64,000 bases of DNA from a virus: UHGV virus genome UHGV-0236300; one strand, 5' to 3'. Below the pieces are notes generated by a model. That model was not told the origin of the DNA. It made no database searches and saw nothing but the letters and a program-made list of their open reading frames with translations. Shown piece by piece: positions 39,250 through 49,440 of the stretch (position 1 is its first letter; each line of letters starts with the position of its first letter). A program made the translations under genes and the position numbers.

Positions 39250-41317
39250 ATTCATGGCATCTGCATACAACCGTTTCGGTGAGCCAAACCCGAAAGCAAC
39301 TAAGTATAAAAGTGGGGGAAGTGTGAAACGAGACTATCGTGATGAAAAAGAAGTTGAAACTGTAGAGACTGTTTTAGAAAATACTAAAATTGTCCCTGTT
39401 CCACAACAAAATATTGGACTGATGGCTGCACAATATTTTGGTGTACGATCATCGCTATCCCAAGAGGATGGTGTAACTGTTACTGCCACCTACTTTCCGT
39501 ATTATGACCGCTACGGTAATCTATCTGGCTTTAAAAAGCGGGACTGGACAATCCCTAAAGAGCAAAGGGGCCATTTCTCGGTTGTTGGCATAGTAAAGGC
39601 CAACTCCCAGATGTTTGGTCAAAAGCTGTGTGCATCCTCCAACAACCGCAAGCAGATTAACGTTTGTGAGGGGGAAGGAGATGTTATTGCAGCGTGGCAG
39701 GCTGCATATCAGGTACAAGTAAAAGGAATTCTCACCAATACTAAAGCCCCGGCGAAGGTGAAGCAGTGGGCTAAAGAAGTCCAGGATGGGATTGATGCAG
39801 TTATCAACGGCGGTGATCTGGCAGGAAAACCATGCCTGCCTTTTGTCGGAATTAACTGCGGGTGTGCAAACGCCGTAGACACTTTTGCGAACAATGAGAA
39901 ATTTATCCGTAGCTACGGAACAGTAGTCCTTGCAATGGACAACGATGCAGCTAACGAGGTAGAGAAGCAAAAACACGTTATCAAAGGTGTTGAAGCTACG
40001 CATAATATCGCAGCATTTTTGATGGCTGACAACGTTTACCACGTGGAATACCCAGGTGAGGTAAACGACCCTGATGGTGTAAAAGATATTCGTGACATGC
40101 TGAAGGCTAAAAAGCTGGAAGATATTGTCAACATGTTCCGTCACCCAGTCAAATATGTGCCTGATGCTGTATCTGATTTAGAAGACTTCTCCATTGAATC
40201 TCTTCGTAAGAAGACTTCCAATGGCGTGGATATCAGTGCAGAGTTCCCTAAACTGCAGAAGATGCTGAAAGGACTCCACAAAGGCACCTTGATGATGCTG
40301 ACAGGCCCGTCTGGCGGTGGTAAAACAACTGTAGCCAAGAAGCTGGAACATTGCATTGCAAGATACTTGATGGACCCAACATGCCCTAAAGCTGATGATT
40401 ATGAAGAGGATGATCGCCTGTGCCTGATTCACCTTGAAGAGGATCCTGAGGAAGCAATCAACTCTCTGTACGCTAACCAGCTGGGGTTTGATGTTAAAGA
40501 GTTTGTTGAAGACCCCAGTCAGTTCCTGACCGATCAGGAGCACGCTGAGATTCATCAATCTTGGGCCAAGGCCGGAAAAATCAAAGTGTTCAAGCATTTC
40601 GGCTCCATCCCTGTAGATGAGCTGATCACTAAGCTTAAACAAATGGTGTGCCTGTATCACTGCCGTTACATTGTGCTGGATCACTTGTCTATGGTGATTT
40701 CAGGGCTTAATGTTAAGGATGAGCGTAAAGAGCTTGACATGGCTATGACTCAACTAGCCGCGTTCTGTAAGCAGTTTAATGTGTTTATCTTGGTGATTGC
40801 TCACCTGAAGCGCACAGAGATTGTACCTCCGAAGGATAAGGATGGAAATCCGTTACCTTTCTGGTACCCTGTACGAAAAGAGAACCTTCGCGGTAGTGCC
40901 GGATTGGAGCAACTTAGCTGGGTGGTTGTCGGGGTAGAGGCAGAGGAGATGGTGGATCGTTCCCGTGGGCGTGTCCGGCTGGTAGGTCTTAAAAACCGCC
41001 CAGCAAAAACCTTAGGTATTGCGGACACTCTAGTTATGGATCCCCACACAGGCAAGTTCCACGATGCCAGCAATTGGTATTGGGATAAAGAGATGCAGAT
41101 GTTTACAGACGGGGAAGGTGGAGAGGTTGTTTGGAGACCTCAAGCTATGTTTGAGGATCAGGAGCATGCAGTTGTAGAAACACCTGTGGGCAAGGTTGTG
41201 GCTGATAAGGTTATAACTCCTGCTGTTAACCCTGTTGACACACAGGAAGATCTTCAGTATGATGATCCGTCCTCTAACCACGTTCCTGGTTTTGAAGACG
41301 ACGAAACACCTTTTTAA
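39239..41317 (+). CDS. bifunctional primase-helicase (TOPRIM plus DnaB-like helicase, T7 gp4-like)
   Basis: TOPRIM-like EGEGD and VLAMDNDAANE; Walker A LTGPSGGGKTT; acidic C-terminal tail FEDDETPF. Confidence 0.85.
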   Translation: MGSKFMASAYNRFGEPNPKATKYKSGGSVKRDYRDEKEVETVETVLENTKIVPVPQQNIGLMAAQYFGVRSSLSQEDGVTVTATYFPYYDRYGNLSGFKKRDWTIPKEQRGHFSVVGIVKANSQMFGQKLCASSNNRKQINVCEGEGDVIAAWQAAYQVQVKGILTNTKAPAKVKQWAKEVQDGIDAVINGGDLAGKPCLPFVGINCGCANAVDTFANNEKFIRSYGTVVLAMDNDAANEVEKQKHVIKGVEATHNIAAFLMADNVYHVEYPGEVNDPDGVKDIRDMLKAKKLEDIVNMFRHPVKYVPDAVSDLEDFSIESLRKKTSNGVDISAEFPKLQKMLKGLHKGTLMMLTGPSGGGKTTVAKKLEHCIARYLMDPTCPKADDYEEDDRLCLIHLEEDPEEAINSLYANQLGFDVKEFVEDPSQFLTDQEHAEIHQSWAKAGKIKVFKHFGSIPVDELITKLKQMVCLYHCRYIVLDHLSMVISGLNVKDERKELDMAMTQLAAFCKQFNVFILVIAHLKRTEIVPPKDKDGNPLPFWYPVRKENLRGSAGLEQLSWVVVGVEAEEMVDRSRGRVRLVGLKNRPAKTLGIADTLVMDPHTGKFHDASNWYWDKEMQMFTDGEGGEVVWRPQAMFEDQEHAVVETPVGKVVADKVITPAVNPVDTQEDLQYDDPSSNHVPGFEDDETPF

Positions 41318-41332
41318 TGTTTAACCAAGAGT

Positions 41333-41360
41333 GGGAGGGGTAGTACAACCGCCTCCCCTT
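41333..41360 (+). terminator. weak stem-loop after primase-helicase gene
   Basis: GGGAGGGG...CCTCCCC imperfect hairpin followed by TTTAAGG. Confidence 0.3.
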
Positions 41361-41375
41361 TAAGGAGAACTGTAT

Positions 41376-43766
41376 ATGAGCATGTGGTCGTTCGATTTTG
41401 AGGCCTCTGGCTTGCTGGAAGACCCAGATCTTTATTATCACTGCGGTTTGTTTAAAGAGCTGAATAAGAACCGTTTTATGCTGTTCCTTCCCCTAAATGA
41501 CCGCACACACTACTCTGAAGAGGATGTGGAGAAAGCTAAGAACTTCATTCTGGCAAAGAAGACCCTTTATACAGATTTTGAGGCTCGCATAGCAGATTTT
41601 TCAGAGTTGGAAGGCTGGCTTACAGGCAATTCAGACTGGTCACCTACGGCTTTGAACTGTCATAACTGCTACAGTTACGACTTTATGCTGATGGAAAGAT
41701 TATCCGGTATTCATTTTGATATGTTCCGTGATCCTAAATGCATGGGAACTATCAACGACCACCAGGTTAATCTGTTTGATACGTTAGCGATGAGTCGAAT
41801 CTTGTGGCCTGACCGCCCTTTGCCAAAAGGTTGTCCAGACGCAGTATTCAATCCAGTTACCAAGAAAATGCAGCCTGTTGGACCTCATGGTCTTATGGCA
41901 TGGGGCTATGCCCTTGGTAACCAGAAAGTTCAAATCGATGACTGGCGGGAGCTTCCGCTGTGGAAGTATGTGGATCGTGTGTTCGAGGACGTTATCATTC
42001 AGGAGTTGCTCTGGAAGGAGTTGGTAGCGGAATCAAAAGGTGTATTCTACGGCAAATCTGACATGCAGAACTTTATGTACGATCCTGCCAAAGAGAAGCC
42101 GAAAGGCTTCAAGAAGATCACCTGGAAGAACGCATTACGCCGAGGCATGTTACAGCACTTCCTGATGGAGCTGCAGGCTCGACAGGGGGTGTATTTCGAC
42201 ATAGATGGGGCTATTGCTTTACGTGATCGTTGCGATGCGTGGATGAAAGAGATCGCTGATCGTGTTGAACCACAGCTTCCTTTAAAAGAGTTATCAATGT
42301 CTCAGCGGCCTAAGTTCCCTGAAAAGCCGTTTAACCAGGATGGGACAATCTCCAATAATGGTTGGAAATGGTTAAAAGACAAGCTTGGCTATCCTGTGGA
42401 CATGAGTGCTTTAGAATTTAAAGCCCCTCCTAAGCGAGCATTTACCTCCACAGGGGATGTAAGTAAGATGGGGATAAAATGGTGTGAAGAGATGGGCTGT
42501 AAAGACCCCGATAAGATGGCTGATTTCTTGAGGGGGTATATCAAAGGAACTTCTACACCACACCCTTTACCTAAAGAGCTGATGGATCAGGCGATAAGTG
42601 ACCTACAGCAGAAGCGAATGCCTGACTGCAAGATACCCATGAAAATCAGCAATCAGGACGACATCAAGCGATACCTGATCAGTGCTGGTTGGCTCCCAAC
42701 AATGTGGAGAACTAAGGATGTAACTAAGGATAGCAAGAAGAAAGCTTTACCTGATGCAGATGTTGATGCACGAGTATATGCATATATGGACGAGCTTTTG
42801 GAGTCAGAGTATTGTGACCTAATTATCAACTTCTGGAACAAAACTGATGCTAAGTTCCAGACAACTGTACATAAGTTCAGAAGCTTCCCTAACTCTGAAA
42901 GAATTAAAAAGGAAGTGTTCGGGAAAATACGTAGAAAAGCCAGAGCGCTTATTACTTCTCCGCAACTGAAAGATACGTTTGGGCACCTGTGCCCGAATCT
43001 TGAAAAATTGAACGGAGAGATGGCTAAAGATATCGTTTTGTGGTTATCATTGCGAAACCGTAGATCGGTCCTTGATCCAATCAAGGAAGATAAGGTTGAT
43101 ACTGGTCTTCTTAATCATCCACGTTTGAAGATTGACCACAAACTTCCTGCTAAAAGTTCTGGATTAACAAACACTTCCAGACAGAAACATAGTATTTGTG
43201 CAAACATGCCTAAACCATCTCCTAAAGTGGTTATGGGTAAAGAGATGCGTAGTCTGTGGGGTGTTCCTCCGGGATACTTTGAGATCGGTATTGACGGGTC
43301 CAACTTAGAGCAGCTCATCGGGGCCTGGGGTGCCTTTGAGTTTGACAACGGTCTGTATTATGATGTTGTAAGTAACGGGGACGCGCACCAAAACAATGCT
43401 GAGGCATATACAAAAGTAGCAGGTAGAGAGGTGTCCCGTAACGATGGTAAACCTATCACGTATGGGGTTATGTATGGGGCACAAAAAGATAAAGTTGCAG
43501 ATATGCTGGATATCTCTCCCGAACTGGGGCAGAGAGTAATCGATGCTCTCTGGGATGCCAACCCAGGTCTTAAGGGGCGCAAAGAGGATCTGGAGAAATT
43601 CTGGGAAGCAACAGGTAAGAAATTTATCTACTCTTTTGACGGGCATGCTATTTGGACACGCTCTAAACACTCTTTGCTTAATGCATATCAGCAAAATGGC
43701 GGTGCATCACTGTGTGACCTAGTTGGGATACTCATGCACCACCAGATGGTGAAGCGTGGATGGTAT
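41376..43766 (+). CDS. DNA polymerase, family A (exon 1, through motif C region)
   Basis: Motif A GIDGSNLEQL, motif B REVSRNDGKPITYGVMYG, pre-motif C YQQNGGASLCDL; contiguous ORF stops at 43805 shortly after WYDE, but splice donor proposed after 43766. Confidence 0.8.
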
Positions 43767-44641
43767 GATGAGGGTGTTCGTCGTATTATTTATTACCATA
43801 AATAACATTGTGGCTTCGTGCAGTGATGCACGTCGAAAACCTCTTTAATTGACGGGAAGGCTAAGTTGACTTTTACGCCTAAACATGGTAAAAGCTCAAT
43901 ATGCTAATCCGCAGCGAAGACTAAAGGGGTGTAGTTAAAATGGCTAGATCAGTTGATTATCACGGATATACCGTGTTTGATGATGGAACAATACCTTTAT
44001 CGAAACGTGATCATACAACAATGTTTTGTTTTGATAATGGTAGAGGTTACCTTTGCGTAACCATGCTCATCGAGGGGAAGCAGTGCACAAAAGGTGTCCA
44101 CCACTTGGTTGCTGAATGCTTTGTACCGAACCCTGATCCTGAAAAGCTCACATGGGTGAACCATAAGGATGGAAATAAGTACAACAATGCATACTGGAAC
44201 TTGGAATGGACTACCCCTGGCGGAAATATCAAACACGCCTACGATAATGAACTCAGAGTAAGGCCAGTCGGTGAGTATAATGCCAACGCTGTACTGACCG
44301 AGGATGAGGTAACGGAGATTTGTGAACTGTTGCAGAGTGGTCTACGACAATGCGAGATTAGGGATCTTGGGTATCCTTATGAGACGGTTAGGGCCATAAA
44401 GCAAAGAAGACAGTGGAAACATATCTCTAAAAACTACACCTGGTAGTAACGTTCAGAGACTATCGAAAGCATAGCTCCAACATAGTTTGGTGTGAAGAAG
44501 CGAGTAGAGTAGGCCAGCAAGTGCGGTCGAAATGAGAGGTGCCTTGGTGACAAGGCAGTGAGATAGTCCGATCCATACAGGAAACCGTATGGCTGTGCAC
44601 GTAATGGTGCGGGGTAGCTTAACGACCTACCTGAACTATTG
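43767..44641 (+). mobile_element. putative group I intron carrying HNH homing endonuclease ORF
   Basis: Core elements in canonical order: P-like AATTGACGGGAAGG (43847-43860), Q AATCCGCAGC (43906-43915), R GTTCAGAGACTATCG (44451-44465), S GAGATAGTCC (44560-44570); exon 1 ends in T, intron ends in G. Confidence 0.6.
43940..44446 (+). CDS. HNH homing endonuclease
   Basis: Motif VHHLVAECF...VNHKDGNKYNNAYWNLEWTT; RBS AAGGGG; located between intron Q and R elements. Confidence 0.85.
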   Translation: MARSVDYHGYTVFDDGTIPLSKRDHTTMFCFDNGRGYLCVTMLIEGKQCTKGVHHLVAECFVPNPDPEKLTWVNHKDGNKYNNAYWNLEWTTPGGNIKHAYDNELRVRPVGEYNANAVLTEDEVTEICELLQSGLRQCEIRDLGYPYETVRAIKQRRQWKHISKNYTW

Positions 44642-44995
44642 GATGAGTACCAACTTCAAGTGCCTGACACACCTAAGTATAAAACTGTATACACCTTCGA
44701 CACAATTGAAGAGCTGGAAACATTTAAAGCCCAACAAGAGGCTAAACTTCATGTGTTCGACGGTCATAAGTACAAAAAGGCACGCAAAGATGAGGACGGA
44801 AACGAAGTGGTTGACAAGGACGGAAATACGGTATACGATCCTATCTTGAACGATGACGGAAAGCTTGAACTTATCTGGAGCCCTGTGGGCGAAATGGTGG
44901 TGCATTGCTTCTGGCAGGCTTCTAAAATGATGGGCGTTCCGTTCCAGATCACAGGTGAATACTTGTGCGGTCGTAACTGGGGCGATTGTCACTAA
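44642..44995 (+). CDS. DNA polymerase, family A (exon 2, C-terminal segment)
   Basis: In-frame ORF ends GEYLCGRNWGDCH, resembling the conserved Pol A C-terminus; begins DEYQLQV, motif C-like when joined to exon 1; no RBS of its own. Confidence 0.6.
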   Translation, partial: DEYQLQVPDTPKYKTVYTFDTIEELETFKAQQEAKLHVFDGHKYKKARKDEDGNEVVDKDGNTVYDPILNDDGKLELIWSPVGEMVVHCFWQASKMMGVPFQITGEYLCGRNWGDCH

Positions 44996-45046
44996 TGTAA
45001 ACTATCAACACACGGAAGTGTTGTTAGACAAAGAGAGGAGACTTTT

Positions 45047-45331
45047 ATGGTAGTAGAACCAACAAAAACATTTACCTCCATGACTATCCCTGTCATTATG
45101 CAGGTAGAGTGCGTTCAGGTGTCCCAAGTGTGGCCCGGTACTAAAATTCCAACAGGGCCTGATTTCTTTCAGGTCGGCAAAGTGTATAATGTCTGGAAGG
45201 CACCGGATTGTTACCCTTTCATTAAAGATGACCGTGGAATGTTATGGTATCTGGGGAATGATTTGACACTGCATCTTGGAAATGCTATTATTGCAGTGTT
45301 CCGGCTCAACAAGAAGGAGACAGATCAATGA
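45047..45331 (+). CDS. small protein, paralog family B member 1
   Basis: RBS GAGAGGAG; shares FxxGKVY...DDxGxxWY core with next two genes. Confidence 0.55.
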   Translation: MVVEPTKTFTSMTIPVIMQVECVQVSQVWPGTKIPTGPDFFQVGKVYNVWKAPDCYPFIKDDRGMLWYLGNDLTLHLGNAIIAVFRLNKKETDQ

Positions 45332-45555
45332 CAACTTTGGTTAAAGCTACGTTTGTAGAAGAAAAGATGACAGACCTGTCATTCTTTGAAGAAGGTAAGG
45401 TCTACAAGGTTTATTACGATAAGGATCGCAGGAACAATATGATCGAAGACGAGGACGGTATCTCCTGGTATATCTCCCATCTGTCAAATGGTGAGTATCA
45501 TATCTATGGGACCACCCTACTTGCCAAGTTTGCAGTTGTTGAAGAGGATCTATGA
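45328..45555 (+). CDS. small protein, paralog family B member 2
   Basis: ATGA overlap; FFEEGKVYKVYYDKD...DEDGISWYI. Confidence 0.55.
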   Translation: MTTLVKATFVEEKMTDLSFFEEGKVYKVYYDKDRRNNMIEDEDGISWYISHLSNGEYHIYGTTLLAKFAVVEEDL

Positions 45556-45746
45556 AAGTAAAGTATCTGGCTGAAGGTATGAGTAGGTATTTTACCCTTG
45601 GGGAAGAGTATTGGCCCTTCACGGAAAATGGAGATGTATACGTGAAGGATGACCAAGGTGTGCCGTGGTTTCTGCACCCTAATGGGTTGGGATATTCCAT
45701 CTACTGCGGTGCGGTGAACAACACAACCCTTGCAGAGTTTGTATAG
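45552..45746 (+). CDS. small protein, paralog family B member 3
   Basis: ATGA overlap; FTLGEEYWPF...DDQGVPWFL. Confidence 0.5.
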   Translation: MKVKYLAEGMSRYFTLGEEYWPFTENGDVYVKDDQGVPWFLHPNGLGYSIYCGAVNNTTLAEFV

Positions 45747-45756
45747 AGGAGGTAGA

Positions 45757-46128
45757 ATGTTAGTAAAAGGTACCCACACAGTCAAGCAACGTATTGAAGT
45801 TGAGATTGATGATTGTGAGCTGAAGCATATTTTACGGTCATGCTCCAACGTTTTGCTCCTTAGTATTCTTCAGGAGCGAGCGGAGAACGAGTTCTTAAAT
45901 GCACTGGCAGGCCGTCCTGGGGACTTCTGTGTGCGTAAGCGTGAAGATCGTAAGTCATGGTTGTGGGAAATCGATGCCGACTGGGATTACCACAAAAATG
46001 AGGGTATAGATGAGCCTATTCGTGAATTGACAGACAAAGAGATTCAGATGTACAATGAAGTTTGTCATTGGGCAAAACGCCAACAAATTTACCTCGACCC
46101 TGTGTGGATGATTGAAAATAGTCATTGA
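45757..46128 (+). CDS. hypothetical protein
   Basis: ATG 6 nt after AGAGGAGG (track TTG 45730 overlaps upstream gene). Confidence 0.55.
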   Translation: MLVKGTHTVKQRIEVEIDDCELKHILRSCSNVLLLSILQERAENEFLNALAGRPGDFCVRKREDRKSWLWEIDADWDYHKNEGIDEPIRELTDKEIQMYNEVCHWAKRQQIYLDPVWMIENSH

Positions 46129-46204
46129 CAAGAGGTAAGATTGGATATAAGATTCTTCACACAAACAGAGATTTGATTTTTAAATAATTGAGGAGACTGC
46201 TAAG

Positions 46205-46459
46205 ATGCAAATCACTTTGAAGCCAGAATGCGTTGCAAATGACCGAGCTTTTAAAGATTGCACACTCGGTGCAATTTATGAAGCAGAATTTTGTGAGAAC
46301 CCTCTGGTAAAAGCCCTTCTGGAAGAAGGAACCTATTTATCACAAGAAGAGCTTGATGAGTTGGAAAACTCGGCCCAGTGTCTTACCTTTAAAGATGATG
46401 AAGGGGATTCTGTCTGGTGCACTGTTAACGAAGTAGTTTTTGTAAAACCTGAGCATTAA
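46205..46459 (+). CDS. small protein, paralog family C member 1
   Basis: RBS GAGGAG; KPECVANDRAFKDCT...FKDDEGDSVWCT. Confidence 0.55.
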   Translation: MQITLKPECVANDRAFKDCTLGAIYEAEFCENPLVKALLEEGTYLSQEELDELENSAQCLTFKDDEGDSVWCTVNEVVFVKPEH

Positions 46460-46463
46460 TACT

Positions 46464-46491
46464 TGACAATAGAGATGGGGTCTAATATAAT
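46464..46491 (+). promoter_or_regulatory. sigma70-like promoter
   Basis: TTGACA-16-TATAAT. Confidence 0.55.
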
Positions 46492-46522
46492 GGCCCTATC
46501 AAAACGAAAGGAGACCACAGCA

Positions 46523-46795
46523 ATGACCAAACAATATCAACGAATTAAAGCCAAGGTTAAGCCAGACTATCTGGAGAAGGACTCTGCTTTTCGGGACTGC
46601 ACAGCAGACAAAATTTACACAGGGGCCGTCCTGCTAAACGATGAATTTGAAGTGGATGTGCTAGGTAAGGAGGCTACTATCAAGGATGACCAGGGGGATT
46701 ATGTTTGTTGCACCACCAGAGAGCTGGAGGTATTAGAATACTTCGGTGAAATCTTCACCTCTCTTGATGATTACTTAGATGACGAGGAAGCGTGA
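46523..46795 (+). CDS. small protein, paralog family C member 2
   Basis: ATG after AAAGGAG; KPDYLEKDSAFRDCT...IKDDQGDYVCCT paralogous to 46205-46459. Confidence 0.55.
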   Translation: MTKQYQRIKAKVKPDYLEKDSAFRDCTADKIYTGAVLLNDEFEVDVLGKEATIKDDQGDYVCCTTRELEVLEYFGEIFTSLDDYLDDEEA

Positions 46796-47196
46796 TGAAA
46801 AACATTTGGGATATTAATATCTTTGAAGCCTCTGAGCTTGACGGTGCCGATGGAGTTATTATAGTCTCTGATGGAAAGGTAACATTGACCTCTGGACTGA
46901 CCTATGAGGACACTACCTACGCACTGGGAGATCTTGCCTTGTTGAAATCAACAGGTGACTCTCTGGAAGAACGTCTGCAAGGATTTGCCTTTAAAGAAGG
47001 CACAAGCACCACACTGATGTGCACTACACGCACTGTTCAGTTGGGCAACGGGGTCTATATGGTCATTGCAGTGTGCCCCAAATTCAGCAACATCAATAAA
47101 GATGATGCTGACGCTGTCAACGACGTGGTTGTCCTCTTCGTTGGTGACGCTATGGCAGATCTGATGAATGCAGGAGAAGCAGCAAATGAAGACTGA
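46792..47196 (+). CDS. hypothetical protein
   Basis: ATGA overlap with upstream gene. Confidence 0.55.
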   Translation: MMKNIWDINIFEASELDGADGVIIVSDGKVTLTSGLTYEDTTYALGDLALLKSTGDSLEERLQGFAFKEGTSTTLMCTTRTVQLGNGVYMVIAVCPKFSNINKDDADAVNDVVVLFVGDAMADLMNAGEAANED

Positions 47197-47488
47197 AAAC
47201 ATCAACCCAACAGGATTCTTGAAAGTATACCGTGAACTGCTATATACTACAGAGGACAGTGTTCTAGAGTACCCAGAATACCTTTTGCTGTATAAGTATC
47301 TACAAGAAGCTGGTGAAAATCTACCAGTTAGTGCAGAAGGCGGTCCGAACTGGATATACAGCGCATGGAGAAAGGTTGACATTCTCCCAGATCCAGGAAA
47401 AGATATGGTAGTTTGGCAGCTTATCAACAACATCGGGATTCCAATCTTTGATGAAGCTGTTAAAATCTATTTTGAACTTGACGATTAA
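47186..47488 (+). CDS. hypothetical protein
   Basis: ATG 9 nt after AGGAG; short overlap with upstream gene; track start 47168 lacks RBS. Confidence 0.5.
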   Translation: MKTENINPTGFLKVYRELLYTTEDSVLEYPEYLLLYKYLQEAGENLPVSAEGGPNWIYSAWRKVDILPDPGKDMVVWQLINNIGIPIFDEAVKIYFELDD

Positions 47489-47505
47489 TATCAGGAGACC
47501 TTAAG

Positions 47506-47751
47506 ATGGCTGGAGTAGTTGCTCGCGCAGGACAGAAAGTACGTTGTGTTGAAGTTGGTTTCGGCGGCAAAGGTTGCCAGAACCTAACACAAGGTAAGGA
47601 ATACGCTGTTATTTCTGGTGGTGGAGATAAGAGCATTGTGTTCGATGATCATATTCTGGATGCTGAAAACTTTGAAATATTTGACGATGATGGCGATCCG
47701 ATCACCTGCCTGCTGAACGGAAGCTGGGGCACTTTCGAAGTAATTGGCTAA
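47506..47751 (+). CDS. hypothetical protein
   Basis: RBS AGGAGA. Confidence 0.5.
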   Translation: MAGVVARAGQKVRCVEVGFGGKGCQNLTQGKEYAVISGGGDKSIVFDDHILDAENFEIFDDDGDPITCLLNGSWGTFEVIG

Positions 47752-47788
47752 CAAATAGCTGTTGTAATTTACAGAAGGAGATGCTAAA

Positions 47789-48199
47789 ATGGTGTCTCCT
47801 TTATGTTGTTCAAATAAAATCGGAGATTCCACAATGGAACAAATGAACGATCAAGCGTCGGTTGCGATGAACGAGCAAGAACAACCTCAAGAATTTTTCT
47901 TAGGGTTAAGCAAAGATCAAGTGTCTCTTCTGCTGGTACTTTCTTCTTTCATGGGGAGACTTCAGGAGCTCACACAACAACCAGAGGCTGAACAGTTATT
48001 CCAGGCTCTGCGAGAAGAAGAGAAATATCGTCGTTTGGATTATGCCTTAGGTTGGGTAGCTCAACAACGAGATATGCTAATGGCCCTTTCTGGGACGACG
48101 AGTTTTGCAATGGGCCTGTTAGCTCAAGTCCAGGACAAATTAATTCAAGCAGGGTTTGCACATACATCAACCACTAACGAAGAACAAGGAGATAAATAA
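47789..48199 (+). CDS. hypothetical protein
   Basis: RBS AAGGAG; stop overlaps next start. Confidence 0.55.
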   Translation: MVSPLCCSNKIGDSTMEQMNDQASVAMNEQEQPQEFFLGLSKDQVSLLLVLSSFMGRLQELTQQPEAEQLFQALREEEKYRRLDYALGWVAQQRDMLMALSGTTSFAMGLLAQVQDKLIQAGFAHTSTTNEEQGDK

Positions 48200-49425
48200 T
48201 GAGCGTTATCCAACAATTTGCTAACCCGATGAATCCGCGTGAAACTGTTTTACTGGCTCACGGTATGATTAAACGTGTCAGCATCAAGCCCATTAAAGGT
48301 GCTGATCCTACAACAGGTATTAAAACCACTGTGTGGCAAGGTAAGAAAATTGAATCCAGCCACACCATCTCTTTACTGATTTCTGAACTGGACTCCTCTG
48401 ATAACCTGCTCCAAGGTGGTGAAGAAGTTTGGATCAGCATGGGTGATAAGCTGCTTAAGCCTGGTCATCAAGACTCCGTCTCTGTTAAAATTGATGACAA
48501 GTGGGAAACAGTAACGCCAGGATGGATCGTAAATATCCCTTTAAAGGCAAATGAGCATAACGGTAAGACCTACTACAAAGGCTCACTGGCTAAAATGGTT
48601 AAGTTGGGGGCAGGAGAGGCTCCATCAGCTCCACAGCAACAAAAACAGCAACAAGGCACACAATCACAAGGCCAGAAGCAGAAACCTCAGCAGAATGCCA
48701 ATCAGGACGTTTTACGCATCTATGGTGATGTGACTCAGATTGTTGGTAACGTGGTTACTGTCAATGACCACAAGATTGGCGAAGGTGCTATGGTTGTCTC
48801 CGATGAGCAGCTTAAAGACCTGGTGGTTGGCGGTCGTGTTGCAGCTATTGTTGACAAAGACACCGGGAATATTATCAGCGGCTTCAAGGCCTACCCGCCT
48901 AAAGCAGAGAACGGTACACAAGGTTCTGGTGGTAAGCGTAAATCCTCTTACGACCCCATCGGTGTAGAGACAGGGCACAGTATCAATGCATTGCAGATCA
49001 TCCTGGATCGCGGGTTTAAGATTGACAGCCCTTTAGATGTGGCTAAAACACTGCACGTGGTCACCATCGAGCTTAAGAAAGAGTACGCTCAAGCCACTAA
49101 CCGAACTGAAGATGAAGTAGGTGCCAGTGTTGGTAATGCGGTATTGAACGCTTGTCGCCGTATTGACAAGAAAACGAAAGTTGATGATTTTGCAGTAGCA
49201 ATTACTGCAGAGGCAAAAGATGTCTTGACTAATCTTGCTGAACCGTTGTATGATTGGATCAAGAACGGTGCTGGAGCCACTGACCATCAAGAGCCTCAAG
49301 CTGCCAAACAGGAAGCCGCCCCACAGCAAAACACTGTAGACGCTCCTCCTGTAGATGATGCGGAAGACGACCCGATGGATCAGAATCCGGCACAGTACGC
49401 CTTTGATGATGACATACCTTTTTAA
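48199..49425 (+). CDS. SSB-like single-stranded DNA-binding protein with acidic C-terminal tail
   Basis: C-terminus ends DDDIPF (canonical SSB partner-binding tip); Q/G-rich linker; terminator follows. Confidence 0.5.
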   Translation: MSVIQQFANPMNPRETVLLAHGMIKRVSIKPIKGADPTTGIKTTVWQGKKIESSHTISLLISELDSSDNLLQGGEEVWISMGDKLLKPGHQDSVSVKIDDKWETVTPGWIVNIPLKANEHNGKTYYKGSLAKMVKLGAGEAPSAPQQQKQQQGTQSQGQKQKPQQNANQDVLRIYGDVTQIVGNVVTVNDHKIGEGAMVVSDEQLKDLVVGGRVAAIVDKDTGNIISGFKAYPPKAENGTQGSGGKRKSSYDPIGVETGHSINALQIILDRGFKIDSPLDVAKTLHVVTIELKKEYAQATNRTEDEVGASVGNAVLNACRRIDKKTKVDDFAVAITAEAKDVLTNLAEPLYDWIKNGAGATDHQEPQAAKQEAAPQQNTVDAPPVDDAEDDPMDQNPAQYAFDDDIPF

Positions 49426-49440
49426 CATCTAGTTAACATA

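Noticed and set aside
44520-44580. Possible tRNA (GGTCGAAAT resembles a T-loop)
   Set aside because: No cloverleaf could be built; the segment contains the S element of the proposed group I intron core.
46125-46153. Promoters at TTGACA 46125 and TTGACA 49901
   Set aside because: The -35 hexamers are perfect but no acceptable -10 hexamer sits at 15-18 bp spacing.
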